Part shown: positions 1-15,238 of the stretch, one piece after another | Layout of the letters: each line of letters starts with the position of its first letter | Numbering within the stretch: the stretch's first letter is position 1 | Assembly: GCA_964187785.1 (NCBI GenBank) | Contig: OZ076409.1 | Location: 91,142,001-91,206,000, forward strand | Origin: Amphiscolops sp. MND2022 | Lineage: Eukaryota | DNA length: 64,000 nucleotides | Direction of reading: 5' to 3' | Translations under genes and position numbers: made by a program | Notes under the pieces: generated by a model | What the model was told of the DNA's origin: nothing | What the model saw: only the letters and a program-made list of their open reading frames with translations | The model's database searches: none

Positions 1-3
1 TAT

Positions 4-55
4 AAGGAACAGTTTAGAGTTTATGATAATTATCATAAACTCTAAACTGTTCCTT
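4..55. repeat. Perfect 52-bp palindrome without spacer
   Basis: aaggaacagtttagagtttatgataa (4-29) is the exact reverse complement of ttatcataaactctaaactgttcctt (30-55). Confidence 0.95.
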
Positions 56-297
56 GTAAAATTTGTTTGCTTTGTTTTTCAACTCTGTGGGTGTGTTATC
101 ATTTCGAAACGTTTGAAAACTTTAAAGAAAATGCTTAAGCAGGCACTTTTAGGGAGATATAAAACGACGCTATTGTCCGGGTCGAAACAACAATGACATA
201 GTTATCAATGACATTTTACAGTAATTGTACAGAATAATTAAACTGTTCGGCGAATGGCAATCAATCCTTTTTAATCACACAAGAAATGGACTTTTAG

Positions 298-613
298 GTA
301 CATTGTATCAGGTGAGAAAAGTCAAACACCTGTCCGTGTCGAAACAATTTGAGATATCAAGAAAGAAGAAGAGGTCACAGTTTGCTATTCCACTGATTAC
401 TTTGGTTACGACAATGTGGACTGTCGTTGTCCTACTTGCCAAAAGTTCCAAAAAGTTCACAAGCAAAATGTGCCAGAGACTGAAGTTGCTGCTGAAAATC
501 AATCCTATCCAGATACTGATGAAATACATGAAGTGGAAACGCAAGTAATTTCCTCTCAGGAAGAAACGCGACAGATTTTCCCTGATTGCGCACCACTAAT
601 TACGTCAAATGAG
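298..613 (+). pseudogene. Exon encoding the C-terminal part of a SET domain plus post-SET cysteines (Suv4-20/KMT5B-like), with one nonsense codon
   Basis: The frame of ORF 416..700 extended upstream reads VRVETI*DIKKEEEVTVCYSTDYFGYDNVDCRCPTCQ, matching the SET 'RDIxxGEEIxxxY..FG..N..CxCxxC' pattern. Acceptor ttttag at ~297, donor gttaga at 614. Confidence 0.7.
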
Positions 614-756
614 GTTAGAACTCGTTTTCTATTCAATCGAATAAATTGGGTTTTCTTTTCCCTCTACTTTTTTCAAAATGAAAACCACTACTTCACATAA
701 CCTTACCTCACTCTGATTCAATGACTACACATAAATTCATTTATTACACTTGCGAT

Positions 757-1765
757 AAGCAAGTGTTATGGGAAAGTGCGGGTGCTTTTTTTTCCGCGCG
801 TACAACTCTCTGATTTCACGCGGCAACTCGCACGTTTCACGCGTTCGTGGTCTAGTGGTAAGATGCTTGCTTTTCAACCGAGGTTTCGTGTTCGAACCCG
901 TGGGTATGCGCTAATTTTTTACAAGTATTCCGAGGCAGAAGGTTCTGACTTTTTTCGGCACTATGAGACTTTTCGGCTTTGTGAGACTTTTTTTCGGCTT
1001 TGTGAGACTTTTTTCGAAATTTTTTAAATGTCCCCAAAGAGTCTTCCTTTCAATTTTTTTGATATTTTGCAAGAGAACGAATGTTAAAAAATCCCGAAGG
1101 GTCCCTTTTTTCAGAATTTTCGGCACTATGAGACTGTTCAAAATTCTAATTTTTTTTCAAAAATTTTTTAGACTACCTTATTTTTTTCAAAAATTTTTTT
1201 TTATGTCCCCAAAGCGTCCTCCTTTCAATTTTTTGATATCTTGCAACAGAACGATTGTTATAAAATCCTAAAGGGTCCCTTTTTCACATTTTTCGGCACT
1301 ATGCGACTTAGCGGAAACTTCAAAAAAATTTTCTCAATTTTTAGTTTTAAAAGACCGTTCTTTTAAAGACCGATCTTTTTTCTATGCGACTTTTTTAAAA
1401 TTTGTTTTCACCGAAGCCCCTGCTCAATTTTTACAAGAAACGAAACGTTTTGCGAGAGGACTACTCAAGGCTTTGCGACTTACCGGAGACCATCAAAAAT
1501 GTTTTCGAAAAATTTTGAAATTTTTTTTCTTCTATTTTCTGTTTAAGGTTTTCCGTTGAGAAAGAATGGGTTTTTTTTGCTGTTTCCAGTTGGGGAAGAA
1601 TGGTTTTCGAGGCTTACGCGTATCCCTTCGGGTATTTTTTGGCGCTGTAAAATTGATGAAATTTTAATCTCCTTTTACCCTTTGTTTTCCGTATGATATT
1701 GCTTATTTGGTTTTATTCAAAAGTTCGCAAGTGTTTGCGAAGCACGGCTTCGCCTCTGTGTAATC
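757..1765. mobile_element. Non-coding repeat insertion in an intron, with internal ~170-bp duplicated units and a terminal hairpin; boundaries approximate
   Basis: ttttcggcactatg(a/c)gact recurs at ~952, 1118 and 1290. The block atgtccc..aagggtcccttttt is duplicated (1028-1136, 1203-1306). Hairpin gcgaagc-acg-gcttcgc at ~1737-1753. A distantly similar tract lies at ~14480-14780. Confidence 0.45.
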
Positions 1766-1899
1766 ATCGCTACTAAAAAGTTTCAAAAACCTAATTCAAA
1801 AACAATCAGTCCAAGTATTCAAAATTTTATAACAATAATAAAAATATTAATAATAATGATATTAATAATAATATTTCAAAATTTTATCATTCCAGAGAG

Positions 1900-4800
1900 A
1901 TGATTACTCTGTCCACGGAAGAAAGAACATCTTCAAGCGGTCATTCAGTGCCACACCCTGAACAAACGGAATTGCAAGAAACGAATTCCGCCGAAGATGG
2001 GACATCTTCAACTGGTCATTCGCTCCCACCCCTTCAACCAATGGAAGAGCAGGATTGCGCCCAAGACGGGAATTATACAAAAAAAGAAAAGAAAGTAAAA
2101 CAGACAGCAGACTTGAATGCCTTGTTTGCCATTCGTTGGTCAACAGGATGGACCGACACATCCTGCAACACTCGGACTGACTGCCTAACAGAAAAACATC
2201 GTCGCTCTATTTTAGACGTTTACAGGACTAAAAACGCTCCATCCAAAAAAGTCATTTATGATTGCTTAACGTGCTTTCGAAGGTTCACATCCCTGGTAAC
2301 TCATAAACATGTTAACAAATGCGAGTGCTCAAATGTACAGAAAGTTACCAACCCTGAGAGTAGGAGCTCGTTGCCGCAAGAAATACGAGTAGCGGTTAAA
2401 TCAAGCATTCTTCCGAGCAAAAGAGACCTTGAAAGAGCTCAGAATTTCGTTGACTACAGAAACAACCCTACCAAATGCAGTGGCAAGGACAAGAAATGGA
2501 GTCAAGACCGCCATGGAATTGTCCAACTGATGGCCCATATGTTCAGCATGACTGTGTGTTTAAAAAAAAACTGAGCTTTTAGTGAAAGGTTGCCTAGACT
2601 TACAAGAAAGAAGAGGTCTTAAACCTCAAACAATGTTGAATTATTTGTCAACATTTTTGTTGTTTGTTGACTACTGCTACTTAGTAAATGAGGTTGACAA
2701 TACTATACCTAATCTAGCCGAACGAATCAAGGCTGCAGTCAGGGATGCCAGGAAAGCTTTTAATCCGGCTGCCGTTGGGGACTATAGAAAAACGGCTGAG
2801 GAAAAGCAGGCGAATGTTCCCAGCAGTGATATGGTCAGAGAGAGGTACAGTAAGATAGTACAGATTTTAACAGACATTTTGAAGGACAACGCCCTCAAAT
2901 ACAGAACTCAACAAGTGCTCAACTTCTTTTTATTACAAGGAAGAATTAACACCAGGTTGGTTGCTTCAAATAGTAATTTTATATAACTTAGTAATTTTAT
3001 AATATAATAGTAATTTTATATATAATATTTTATAATTCTAAATTTACCTAATTTTAATATATATTTATATAGATATATACTTATTATATTTTTATAATTT
3101 TTATATTATTATATCAATTACATTAGGTTATATAGGATGAAAGGCAAACTTTTAATGATTTTAGGTTTATCGACAAGAAGTATGAAAGCTAGGAAAATTT
3201 GAAAACTCTGGAGACTTACCCTCTTGATAAGAAACATTTTTAATTAACAATGTTGTCCGCTAGGAAGAATTTGGTTGACGGAAGATCAAAGTAAACTAAA
3301 ACTTGGGAATCTACCAATAGGGTTAATGAGATCATAAAGAAAATCAAAATTAATTGTTACAACGCAAGTAAGTAAATGTGACAATGAATTCCGATAAGAA
3401 GATATGAATTGAATGAAAATCAGAGAAAATTTATTCAGTTTACACTAAGCAAACATTAAACGCAACAACAACAACAACGCTAATATCCCGTGTGTCCCCC
3501 CCAGTATTCGAAAACGAGAGTTGCGTTTAATGCTTTGCTTAGTGTAAAACTTGTCGAATTGACCGATTGAGTTACGGAGATCATAAACATAATCAAGTTT
3601 AAATCCAACAACAATACTGATGAAGTGAAAATCAGAACGGAAGTAGAAGAATGCGTTCCTGTAAGCACTGCGATTACAAGGCGCAATACAGTTTACAATG
3701 TACAATGCAGTCTAATGTAAATGTACATGTAATGTAAATGTAGATGTACATTGCACGCACATGTGTTAGTCACGCAATAACTTATACTCACATAGTTCTG
3801 TTTCGTCTTCACACGGCTTCAACTCGGATTCTGATTGGCTGACACGCAGCATCAATTCACTTTCATGTATACACAAGTAGTCAAGATTATTCTTTTGAAG
3901 ACTTCTCTTGTTCTCAAAAATATGAAATATTTTTGATTTTATGACTTAATTCATATGTTTTTTTAGGATTAATAATAATAATAAAAATATTAACAATAAT
4001 TAAAATTACCAACCAAATAACATTGAAATAAAATTAGTCCCTAAAACAAATCTTTCTCGTAAACTATTTTTTTATGTTTAGTGGAACCCCTTTCCTTTTT
4101 GTTATTCGAAACTTATTCATTTTTTATATACTTTGCGTGTTTCCCCCAACCTTTTCAGTAACCTCATTATTATTTTTATTATTAATATTATATTAATTAT
4201 AATAATATATTATTTTTTCATGAATGTTTCTATGATTATCGTTATATTTTTATTTAAAGATATTTAGATTTATTTCAGAAATTTAGATATTCAAAATAAA
4301 TTTTCAGATACTGGGGGAATTATTATTCTTATAATAATTATTTTTCAATTTCAGAGCTGGTCCAATTCTCCAATTGAACTGGTCAGAATTTCAACAGATT
4401 GAATACAAGAACTGTGAACTCAGGACCAACAAGCATAAAACCGGCAAGGTTTACACGGTACACACCTACACACAGCCCGATCAGAGGCAGTTTCTAAAGC
4501 TTCAGCGGGAGAAGTTTATTGATGAATTCAAAGTGGAACCGAAATTCATTTTTGCTTCCTCGAAGACTGCCGTTGACGGGACCATCTGTCACGGGTTGCA
4601 AGAGGTATTCCAACAATATTTCGGAGACGATCCACAAAAAGTAAGATTCAATGCAAACTCCATTCGCAAATTCTGGGAGAGAATGTGGACGAATATAAAG
4701 GGACAAGTTTCTGAAGGAGTTAATCGAGCACACTTCGCCCAAACTGCGCATAGCGAAAAGACGGCACATGAAAGGTACTTATCGAGGAACGGAATCCGGG

Positions 4801-5466
4801 AAGAACGGAACCAAGTCCTCGATATTTACTTGGACCGCCTGAAGAATCGCCACAATTCCGGAGCAGGAGTTCACACCAGCCCCCCGAACGAAGAAGTGAA
4901 CTCTGACTTCGAAGACGACGTCAGTGAGGGAGAAAGCAGTGTCCCATCTACCCTTTTGCTTCTCCCCCCTCTGAAACGCTTCAACGTATTGAGGGACTCG
5001 CTGCAAATTTGCAACTCAACAGCTTCGCTGCCTTCATGTCCACAACAAGGAATTTCACAACAAGTAGATCCACAATCAAACCGGCCACAAACAGCTCAAC
5101 AACCAGCTCAACAACCAGCTCCACAACCAGCTCAACATCCAGCTCCACAACCATGCCGCGGCCAGAAGCAGACAAGACCCCCGCGACTCCCTGGATTCGA
5201 CAGTGGAAGAAGACCGCCAGGACAGTGCGGTCCAATCCTACATCAAATCTCTACGGAATTTCCGTTCGAAACCCGGCAAGCCCGAATGGACGCAAGACCG
5301 ACGAGACGCTTGCCGCTTATTCGAGGAATGCCGAGGAACCGTCAATCGAAACGACGTCAAAAAAACGAATAGAGGAGGGGGTTTCGTTTTGACGGACGCT
5401 CAGTGCGATCGAAGATATGAGAAAATTAGGACCGCTGTCCAGGTCTTCAAGTCGAAACTATTCTGA
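1900..5466 (+). pseudogene. Tyrosine recombinase gene YR1 with N-terminal C2H2-like fingers, intron-split and frameshifted
   Basis: Fingers CLVCHSLVNRMDRHILQH (alternate frame ~2118-2170) and CLTCFRRFTSLVTH. A phase-2 GT-AG intron (2956-4354) joins GRINT-R-AGPIL. Downstream motifs NKHKTG, FNANSIRK and AHSEKTAHERY fit the YR R-K-(H/N)xxR-H-Y order. Confidence 0.8.
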
Positions 5467-6231
5467 AGAAACGTCTTGTGTTTTGTAAACTTCTATACTA
5501 TATTTACTGTTTTACTGTTTTACTATATATACTGTTTTATTATTATTAATATTACTAGTAATTAATATTACAATAATAACTTTTATTAGACTCTCTATGT
5601 ACAAATTTTTACTATTATTCAGACTCTCTCTGACACGCTAGACTCTCTATGACCCAGCTGGAAAAATTAACTTGCAAATGTTTTAAAACAACAGGAGTTT
5701 CGTTTCTCAAAAAACTTATGCCGTGTTAGTTGGGTGGCATAAGATTACAATTGCAATATTTTCCAAATGTCTAACTCTTGATTAACACTACTTTCAAGGC
5801 CGAAAACATTTATTACTTGTTATTTGATATTATTAGATTCTTTATGTCCGCCCAGCGGAGATTATCGGAGGTCACGTGACCTAATCTTATTCTGACGTCA
5901 CAGCTTCTCATTCGTTGTTCATTTCATTCCGCATACTAGACAGCAGTTCTAACAGCATTCTACACTGTTTGTATTCAATTCTAATGCTACACTTCTGGCC
6001 TGCTTACTCTCTCAACCTTTAAACTATTAGACTCTCGATGATTTTGGTTCTCGATTATCAGACAATATATGAGTTGAAAACGATTATTATAGGACAATTA
6101 ATGAATTAACTTGTCGTCATTTTGTATGCGATTGTCTTTTTTTTGCCTCTCTTTCTTTTTAACTGATCAAAGCAATGTAACAAAGTGTATACAAAAGTTT
6201 ACACTACAACTAAACGAAACGAATTGTATGT

Positions 6232-8463
6232 TTAGAGTCCAAGTTGAGCGTACAAATTTCGAGTTTTTGTTAAAACTTTATTGAGCACAGTTTCTTCGTC
6301 CTTGCTTGGCAAGCGTAATTGTTGCACTAACTCTTTCACAGTTGCTTTTGTAAGGCGATGATGCTTTTTTGAAACAATAAGACAAAGTTTACGAATGGAA
6401 TTATCCAAGTAATGTTTCTTTTTCGGCATCTTTAGCATTTTTTTCTCGTATTCAATCCATTTGGGATTTGGAGGACGTCTGATTATTTTTTCTGTCGAAG
6501 GACCAACTTCGTTACTATCATCTTGGGGGGCGGCATTCATTTCATTCTCAGAGTCTGTATGTTCGTCTGTTGTCGGAGAACCATCATCATTGAGTTTTGA
6601 ACCAGTAGAAGTCCCTTGGAGAGGGTTTTTTTCAAAGTTACTGTACTGGCCGAACTTGTTACTTCAGCAAAAGAGGTGTTTACTTCCATCTCCTGATCAG
6701 GTAAGTCACTTTCTGTATTTTGTCTAGCTTCAGACAAGAGTTCTTGTGGCAGCCCTTCAAGTGGCAAAGCAACAGAGCTCACGAAACCTTCCGATTCTCT
6801 TTCTTTTCGAAACTTTAGTCTCACTTCGAACTGTTTTGCAAACAAATCTTTCAACTCTGCGTCCGTAGGGGGAGCTGTATAATGATCTTTCCTTGTTTTT
6901 GAGCTATGGCCGGTGTTGCTCTCAAAAGTTTTTTAAATTTTTGTCTAAATTCATTTTATTTTTGTCATAATATGTATCCCAACTTTTTCTGCAAGAATTT
7001 GGATTGAAACGGAAAGCTGTAATGTTGAACAATTTAGCCATAAGTTTGCGAATGATTGAACTCTGTGTGGTAGTAATCGACTCCTCACCACCTGGGAAAA
7101 GCACTTCAGCCTTGGCATGGAATTTCTGTTCATGTTCAAAGTGTAATTCTTTCATTATTTCAATTTCTGTTTCTGTCAAGTAGCAAAAGTTAGTGTAAAT
7201 ATTCCCTGTTTTATGCAAATTACTTCTAATGAACTGTCCGGCTTTGTATTGAACGAACTGACTCATTGGGTAGTTTGTTAGGGTGCCAACACGGCAGTTT
7301 GCTCTCGAATGTATCTGGAAGAGCATCAAGCCAAATTTCTCTTGAAGAGATAGAGTGCGCCAAAGCGAGTCCAAAAATCCTCTATCCTCGATGAACTTTT
7401 CGACTAAATCCTGAGTTTCGCAAAGTATAGACATTGGGGGAACCAAAATGAATCGCATTTCCTTCCTCTGAAGGCTCTCTGTCTGGCCAGCTCGGGCATT
7501 TTCTTTCAAGTAAAGTGTAATACCGTCTATAATCCTGTTTTTGTTGAACTTGTAGGACGCTGTATGATTAGCATTAACGTAAGAAAGGAACAATTTGATG
7601 TCGTAGCACAGCTTTCGCATTGTTGTGAAGGTGTAATTCTTTTCAGCACGAATCCCTTTGAGCACATAGCCCACGTTTTCGGGCTTCCTGAGACTTTTAG
7701 TGCCCCCAAAGAACTTGGTTATAATTTCGATTCCAAATGATGTTATTGGCTTCTTGAGTTCATCACGCCGGTATGCAGCAAAAGCTGCGATCACATCACT
7801 GCCCTTCTCAGACAAGACTCCTTTTTCCTTCGTGTACTCAAGAATTGACCGAAGATAACGGTGGGTATTCTCAGATGTCACTACTCGCAATTGATGTAGA
7901 GGAAAATACCTTCTGTGGCGTCTGGGGTTTGTGAATCTCAGCAAGCAATCTCCACACTCAAAGACTTTACCTTTGACAATGTTAGTTGACAGGACACTCA
8001 ACATGTAGGCCAAAGGCTTGCCACTCCATTGATGCACTTTGATGATGTGCTGGCGAAGAAATTTGAGTTTTAAAGGACATATCGGACACTGTTTGATAAG
8101 GCACTGTTTTGGTTTCTTGCCTTTTTTTCTCTTTTTTTGAACCGGTTCGGCTTCAGGAGACTTTTCAGCAGTTTCTTCTTGTTGAGGATTTGCTTTTTCA
8201 GTCTCCTCGGTAGCCTCGGGTATCTTTCTTACTGATGGAGTTGAGTCAAATTGCGAGTCCAGGAAATCCAGCTCTGGCAATGGAAAAGGGTTTGACTCCA
8301 AAATGTCATCGATGAGGGCCTGTGTCGAGGGTCCAGGGCTTGAGAAACCAATCAGGGGCGTGTCTGGGGCAACAGGAATGTTTTTTGACGTATGTTCTAG
8401 TGTACATTCTTCTTCTAATGCTGCTTTTACCGATCTAAGGCTCCTTCGTAATTTAGGGGCCAT
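6232..8463 (-). pseudogene. Tyrosine recombinase gene YR2 with N-terminal C2H2-like fingers, convergent with YR1 and frameshifted
   Basis: CPICPLKLKFLRQHIIKVH and CGDCLLRFTNPRRH, then SRANCRVG, NLHKTG and FNPNSCRK. After a frameshift at ~6925 the frame reads SNTGHSSKTRKDHY and continues into ORFs 6537..6854 and 6232..6540. Confidence 0.8.
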
Positions 8464-9097
8464 TAATTGTCTAATAATTACAAAGAGAAAACTGTTGAAA
8501 TGTTAGATGAAATGCAGAAATAAGTACTCTGGATTTGAAATTTTTGAAATGTGTTCAAGTTGAAAAGTGTTTGTTTTATGTTTTAGAACGCAGATAAACA
8601 CAACTGATTATGCAATTCGATGAGTGGTACACTGAACAGCAGCGCAAAGGCGTTCCCGGCGTGAACAAATGACGTCATAGAGCGTCCTGAGCGGTGATTG
8701 GTTATCTCATCAACCAGCCGGCGGAAATTTCCAACTCTGTGCATGCAGCGTTGTATTTGGACACTATTTGATGGTTTATATTTGTTTTTGCTGCAGTGTG
8801 AATATAACTTCCCAAGTTGAGAAACTCTCTATGTACACCCGTATTTTGGAGTTCGGACTTCCTATGACACACTTTTTTTGCGTTTTCTATGTACATATAT
8901 GGTCTAATCGTTACAATGAATATTATTACGAAAATTATTACGAGTTCATGTTGTTAGGGCTTTCAGACCATGTCATCTATCCCCCACGGTACTCCTTGTT
9001 ATATTTATATATTTTTATTATTTATATTACTATTAAAATAATACATGTTATTATTTTAACGTTAACATTAGTAATATGTTATATTAGTATAAATTTT

Positions 9098-9222
9098 GGT
9101 TTTTGATTTATAGGAAAGTAAAAAAGGCTCATGCCTAAAGAGTTTCGAATTTTTGATTTATAGGAAAAAAAGGCTCATGCCGAAAGAGTTTCGAATTTTT
9201 GATTTATAGGAAAGTAAAAAAA
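9098..9222. repeat. Short tandem repeat, ~49-bp unit, about 2.5 copies
   Basis: ttttgatttataggaaa(gta)aaaaaggctcatgcc(t/g)aaagagtttcgaat repeated. Confidence 0.85.
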
Positions 9223-9938
9223 GTACCTGGAGGATTTTGGTGAGATAAAACATTAATCGTAACGATGGTTATTAGTAATGATTATTGTCGTTAACCAAAT
9301 GTTGTTTCCGAAGCAGCGATTATCGTTTCGATTAATTTTCCCCCACTGTCAAGGTACTTCCCCCATAAAAAAGTTATTTCCCCAAAAAAGAAAGATCATA
9401 TAAATAGAATAGAAAGCCACTCATCGAAGTTTTAACTTTCCCCCTATAGTGGAGGGGTTCAATAGAAACGATCCTTTTGATTGGCAATTATTGAATTGAA
9501 TTATTGGATTGTTCAGATTCAGAATAGAATTATTCAATTAGAATGTAGCAGAATTTTATAAATCCGGTTATGAACCTTGCCGGGACTGAGCGAAATTTTC
9601 ACCGAAGAACTGCGAAATGCTGTGCGTCATAGTCAATATGCTGCTGTGACTGAAGCAACGCCCCACGTGAATGAAGCAGGCCAGTACGCGTGACTAACTT
9701 ATTTGTTTGTTCATACAGCTCAATTTCAGTTGGTTTCTCTATTTAACAAAATAACAAAATAAAAAGGGGTGGATTCACGAATAACTTGAGGACAAATGTC
9801 ATGAATAGGTTTCTGAAAACAGTTTCTAAATAGGACTCAGAAGTTTCTTTGAAGTTTCTATCTACGATATTCAAACTTAAAAATCAGACATTAACAAACA
9901 AACGTAAAGTTTAAATAGAGAAATCAACTACTTTAGAA

Positions 9939-10208
9939 ATGTCACACTTCTTCACGACTTTCGAAGGAAAGAGGAAGGGGAGCACCTACTACTATGGTGG
10001 GGACTTTCTATACATAAAATCAAAAACAGCAGAGGAGGGAGCGAAGCTTTATTTGAGATGCCAGGGACGGACCTGCCGAGGGACAGCCGTGGTGGAGGGC
10101 AAAATCTTGAAAACGAAAAGGGCCCACCGAACCACCATCTCTACAGTTTATAGAAGACCTGAGACGGCTGTCAAAGGTCAAGGAGGAAGCGGAGAGGGGG
10201 CTCGATAG
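9939..10208 (+). pseudogene. FLYWCH-like zinc-finger ORF, probably frameshifted at its 3' end
   Basis: KRKGSTYYYGGDFLYIKSK..KLYLRCQGRTCRGTAVV..KRAH resembles the FLYWCH F/Y-xn-Y-W/L-xC-xn-C-xn-H pattern. Confidence 0.55.
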
Positions 10209-10746
10209 GCTAAGCTGTTCAAGACTTTATGACAGAGAAGTTACTTGGTCCGAGACGTCCTCTCTGGGCTGGGCGGAGGCCAACCAAAGGCGGCATCGTG
10301 GCTTGAATGCCATGCGCCAGCGCAGATGCGGCCGACGAAAGGCCGAAGCCCGACAATGAATCCTTGACCTTGTCAAGCGACCGATATAATATATTCCCCA
10401 GAATTTTCAGACTTTTCCCCAAAAATTGATCTAGGTAGTTTCTCATTTATTGCATCATTTTAAATTTATTCACCAATTACCCATTTCCTCAGGTCTTCAT
10501 GATTTTCACAAACATTCATGGCCTATTTCATTTCCCCACCTCTGCTGTCGCTTGGCAAGTCTTGGTCCTGGCAAACTTTCAAACGCTTCTCCCTTCTCTT
10601 CTGATTTTATATTAATGTCCCCCCATAGTATTTTTTCTCTCCTTTCTCCTTCCTTCGAATTTAATTATTTTCACAATAAATCAATTTCAAGCATCAGTTA
10701 GTGAGTGGAGATTCAGGAAAGACAGAATGTATTGAGAAACCCCCCC

Positions 10747-11110
10747 TAACTTCGAAAAAGCTATCCCGTGACTAACTTCGAAAAAGCTATCCCGTGACTA
10801 ACGTCGAAAATGCTATCCCGTGACTAACTTAGAAAAAACTATGCCGTGACTAACTTAGAAAAAGCTATCCCGTGACTAACTTTGAAAAAGCTATCCCGTG
10901 ACTAACTTCGAAACAGCAATCACGTGACTAACTTAGAAAAAGCAATCCCATGACTAACTTCTTAAATGCTATCCCGTGACTAACTTAGAAAAAACTATCG
11001 CGTGACTAACTTAGAAAAAGCGATCCCGTGACTAACTTTGAAAAAGCTATCCCGTGACTAACTTCGAAACAGCAATCACGTGACTAACTTCTAAAAAGCT
11101 ATCTCTTAAC
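10747..11110. repeat. Minisatellite, 26-bp unit, 14 copies
   Basis: Unit taacttcgaaaaagctatcccgtgac repeated head-to-tail with point variants and no spacers. Confidence 0.95.
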
Positions 11111-11457
11111 TAATTAAGTTATTTGTACAAGATTCATATCAAAAAAGATACAAACAAAGTTTAAGGACGGCAATTAGAGCACTGATCGACAAGAAACAGA
11201 CATTCTACACAAGAACTCAATAACGGTTGAATCAGAACATAACTGAGAACACATTTCGCCAACTGCAGTAAAAGGTAACTTTTCATGTCAGTATTTTTTA
11301 AAATTGTCTTCGATATTATTACGGTAGTAAAACGAGAATGAGAGTTTAAAAGCTACTACCGGGTAGCAAGCACATTTTAAGTTGTCACTGGGGCCAATCA
11401 TGACACTTTAAATTGTCATACTAACAACGGATTTTGCTTTATTTTGTCATCGATAAC

Positions 11458-14160
<2,703 letters not shown>

Positions 14161-15238
14161 ACCACTTTGAATCATCGTGACAAGAGAATATCGGCAATTT
14201 TAAGTCGGCACTTTAAAAACATACCGCGGCTTTTGTTATGATTTATCGTCGTTTTTTCCAATTTGGCAGAAATCACCACAAATACTTCTAGCGTTTTGAA
14301 TTCACAATATACAATTGTTCGGAAGGTTGCATTCATGTTTTGGCATACATACTCGGACAGAACAGGACTTTGGGCGTTATTCCCGGAACTGCGAAAATTT
14401 TTGACGAATATATCAGTTTTTTTGTAGAAGAAAAATTGCAGCTTTGGGTTGTTGTTTTTTTAAAATAAAAAATCAAACACGTTTAGTCCCAAAAAGTCCC
14501 CTTTAAGCTTTTAGGCACTGTGTAATTTTTTTGGGAAAAGTTCCGTTTCACAAAAGGGTTCCTGTTTTGGTTTATGTTTTTGATGTTAAAACAGGCAAAC
14601 CTTGGTTGTTTGTGGTTCTCATGAAAAAAATCTTTCTATTGCGAACAGGGTCTCTTTTCTAAGTTTTTCGACTCTATGAGATTGGGAATTCTGGTAAAAA
14701 AAAATCTTTGACGCTTTGAAATACGTTTGATCTTTTTTGAGCATTAAGTGGAGCAACAAATTTGCAGTTCCTGGTTTGTTTGCAATGCATGTAAACCATC
14801 TGCTAGAACTACATCGATCGCTTCGGTTGGACTGGAAAAAACTGACCGGTAGTATTTACGGCGACTTCTAATAAGAATGCACATGAGCTTAGGTTATAGC
14901 ATCCTTCGAATCTAACATAGTTTAGCCGATTTCTATATTTCCAAAAACGTTGTTTTGTTCTTCAGAAGTGAACTGATTTTTGATGAAAGTCACAAAAACA
15001 AATAATACAAAAGTTTACAGTGAAGTAGTCATCAAATATTTGCCGCCAAAGCAAAGAAGAGATATTTCACGAGTTGTTCATACATTTAACGCAAGCAGAA
15101 ATCTCAACAAAAACAAGAAGATATACATGATATCACTTCTAGCTCAAGAAAATAAATACATGATACCCCGTTTTCATGAGCTATGTATAGGAACACATGT
15201 CTAACGATTATTGTTACTGTTCTCTTTGGGTTGATATA

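Noticed and set aside
776..1271. Phe-rich and Lys-rich short ORFs
   Set aside because: They arise from T-rich tandem subrepeats of a non-coding insertion.
1900..8463. DIRS/Ngaro retrotransposon or prophage integrases
   Set aside because: No linked RT/RNaseH or phage genes, and a spliceosomal intron is present in sense.
10747..11110. Possible CRISPR array
   Set aside because: Units are contiguous with no unique spacers, there are no cas genes, and the context is eukaryotic.
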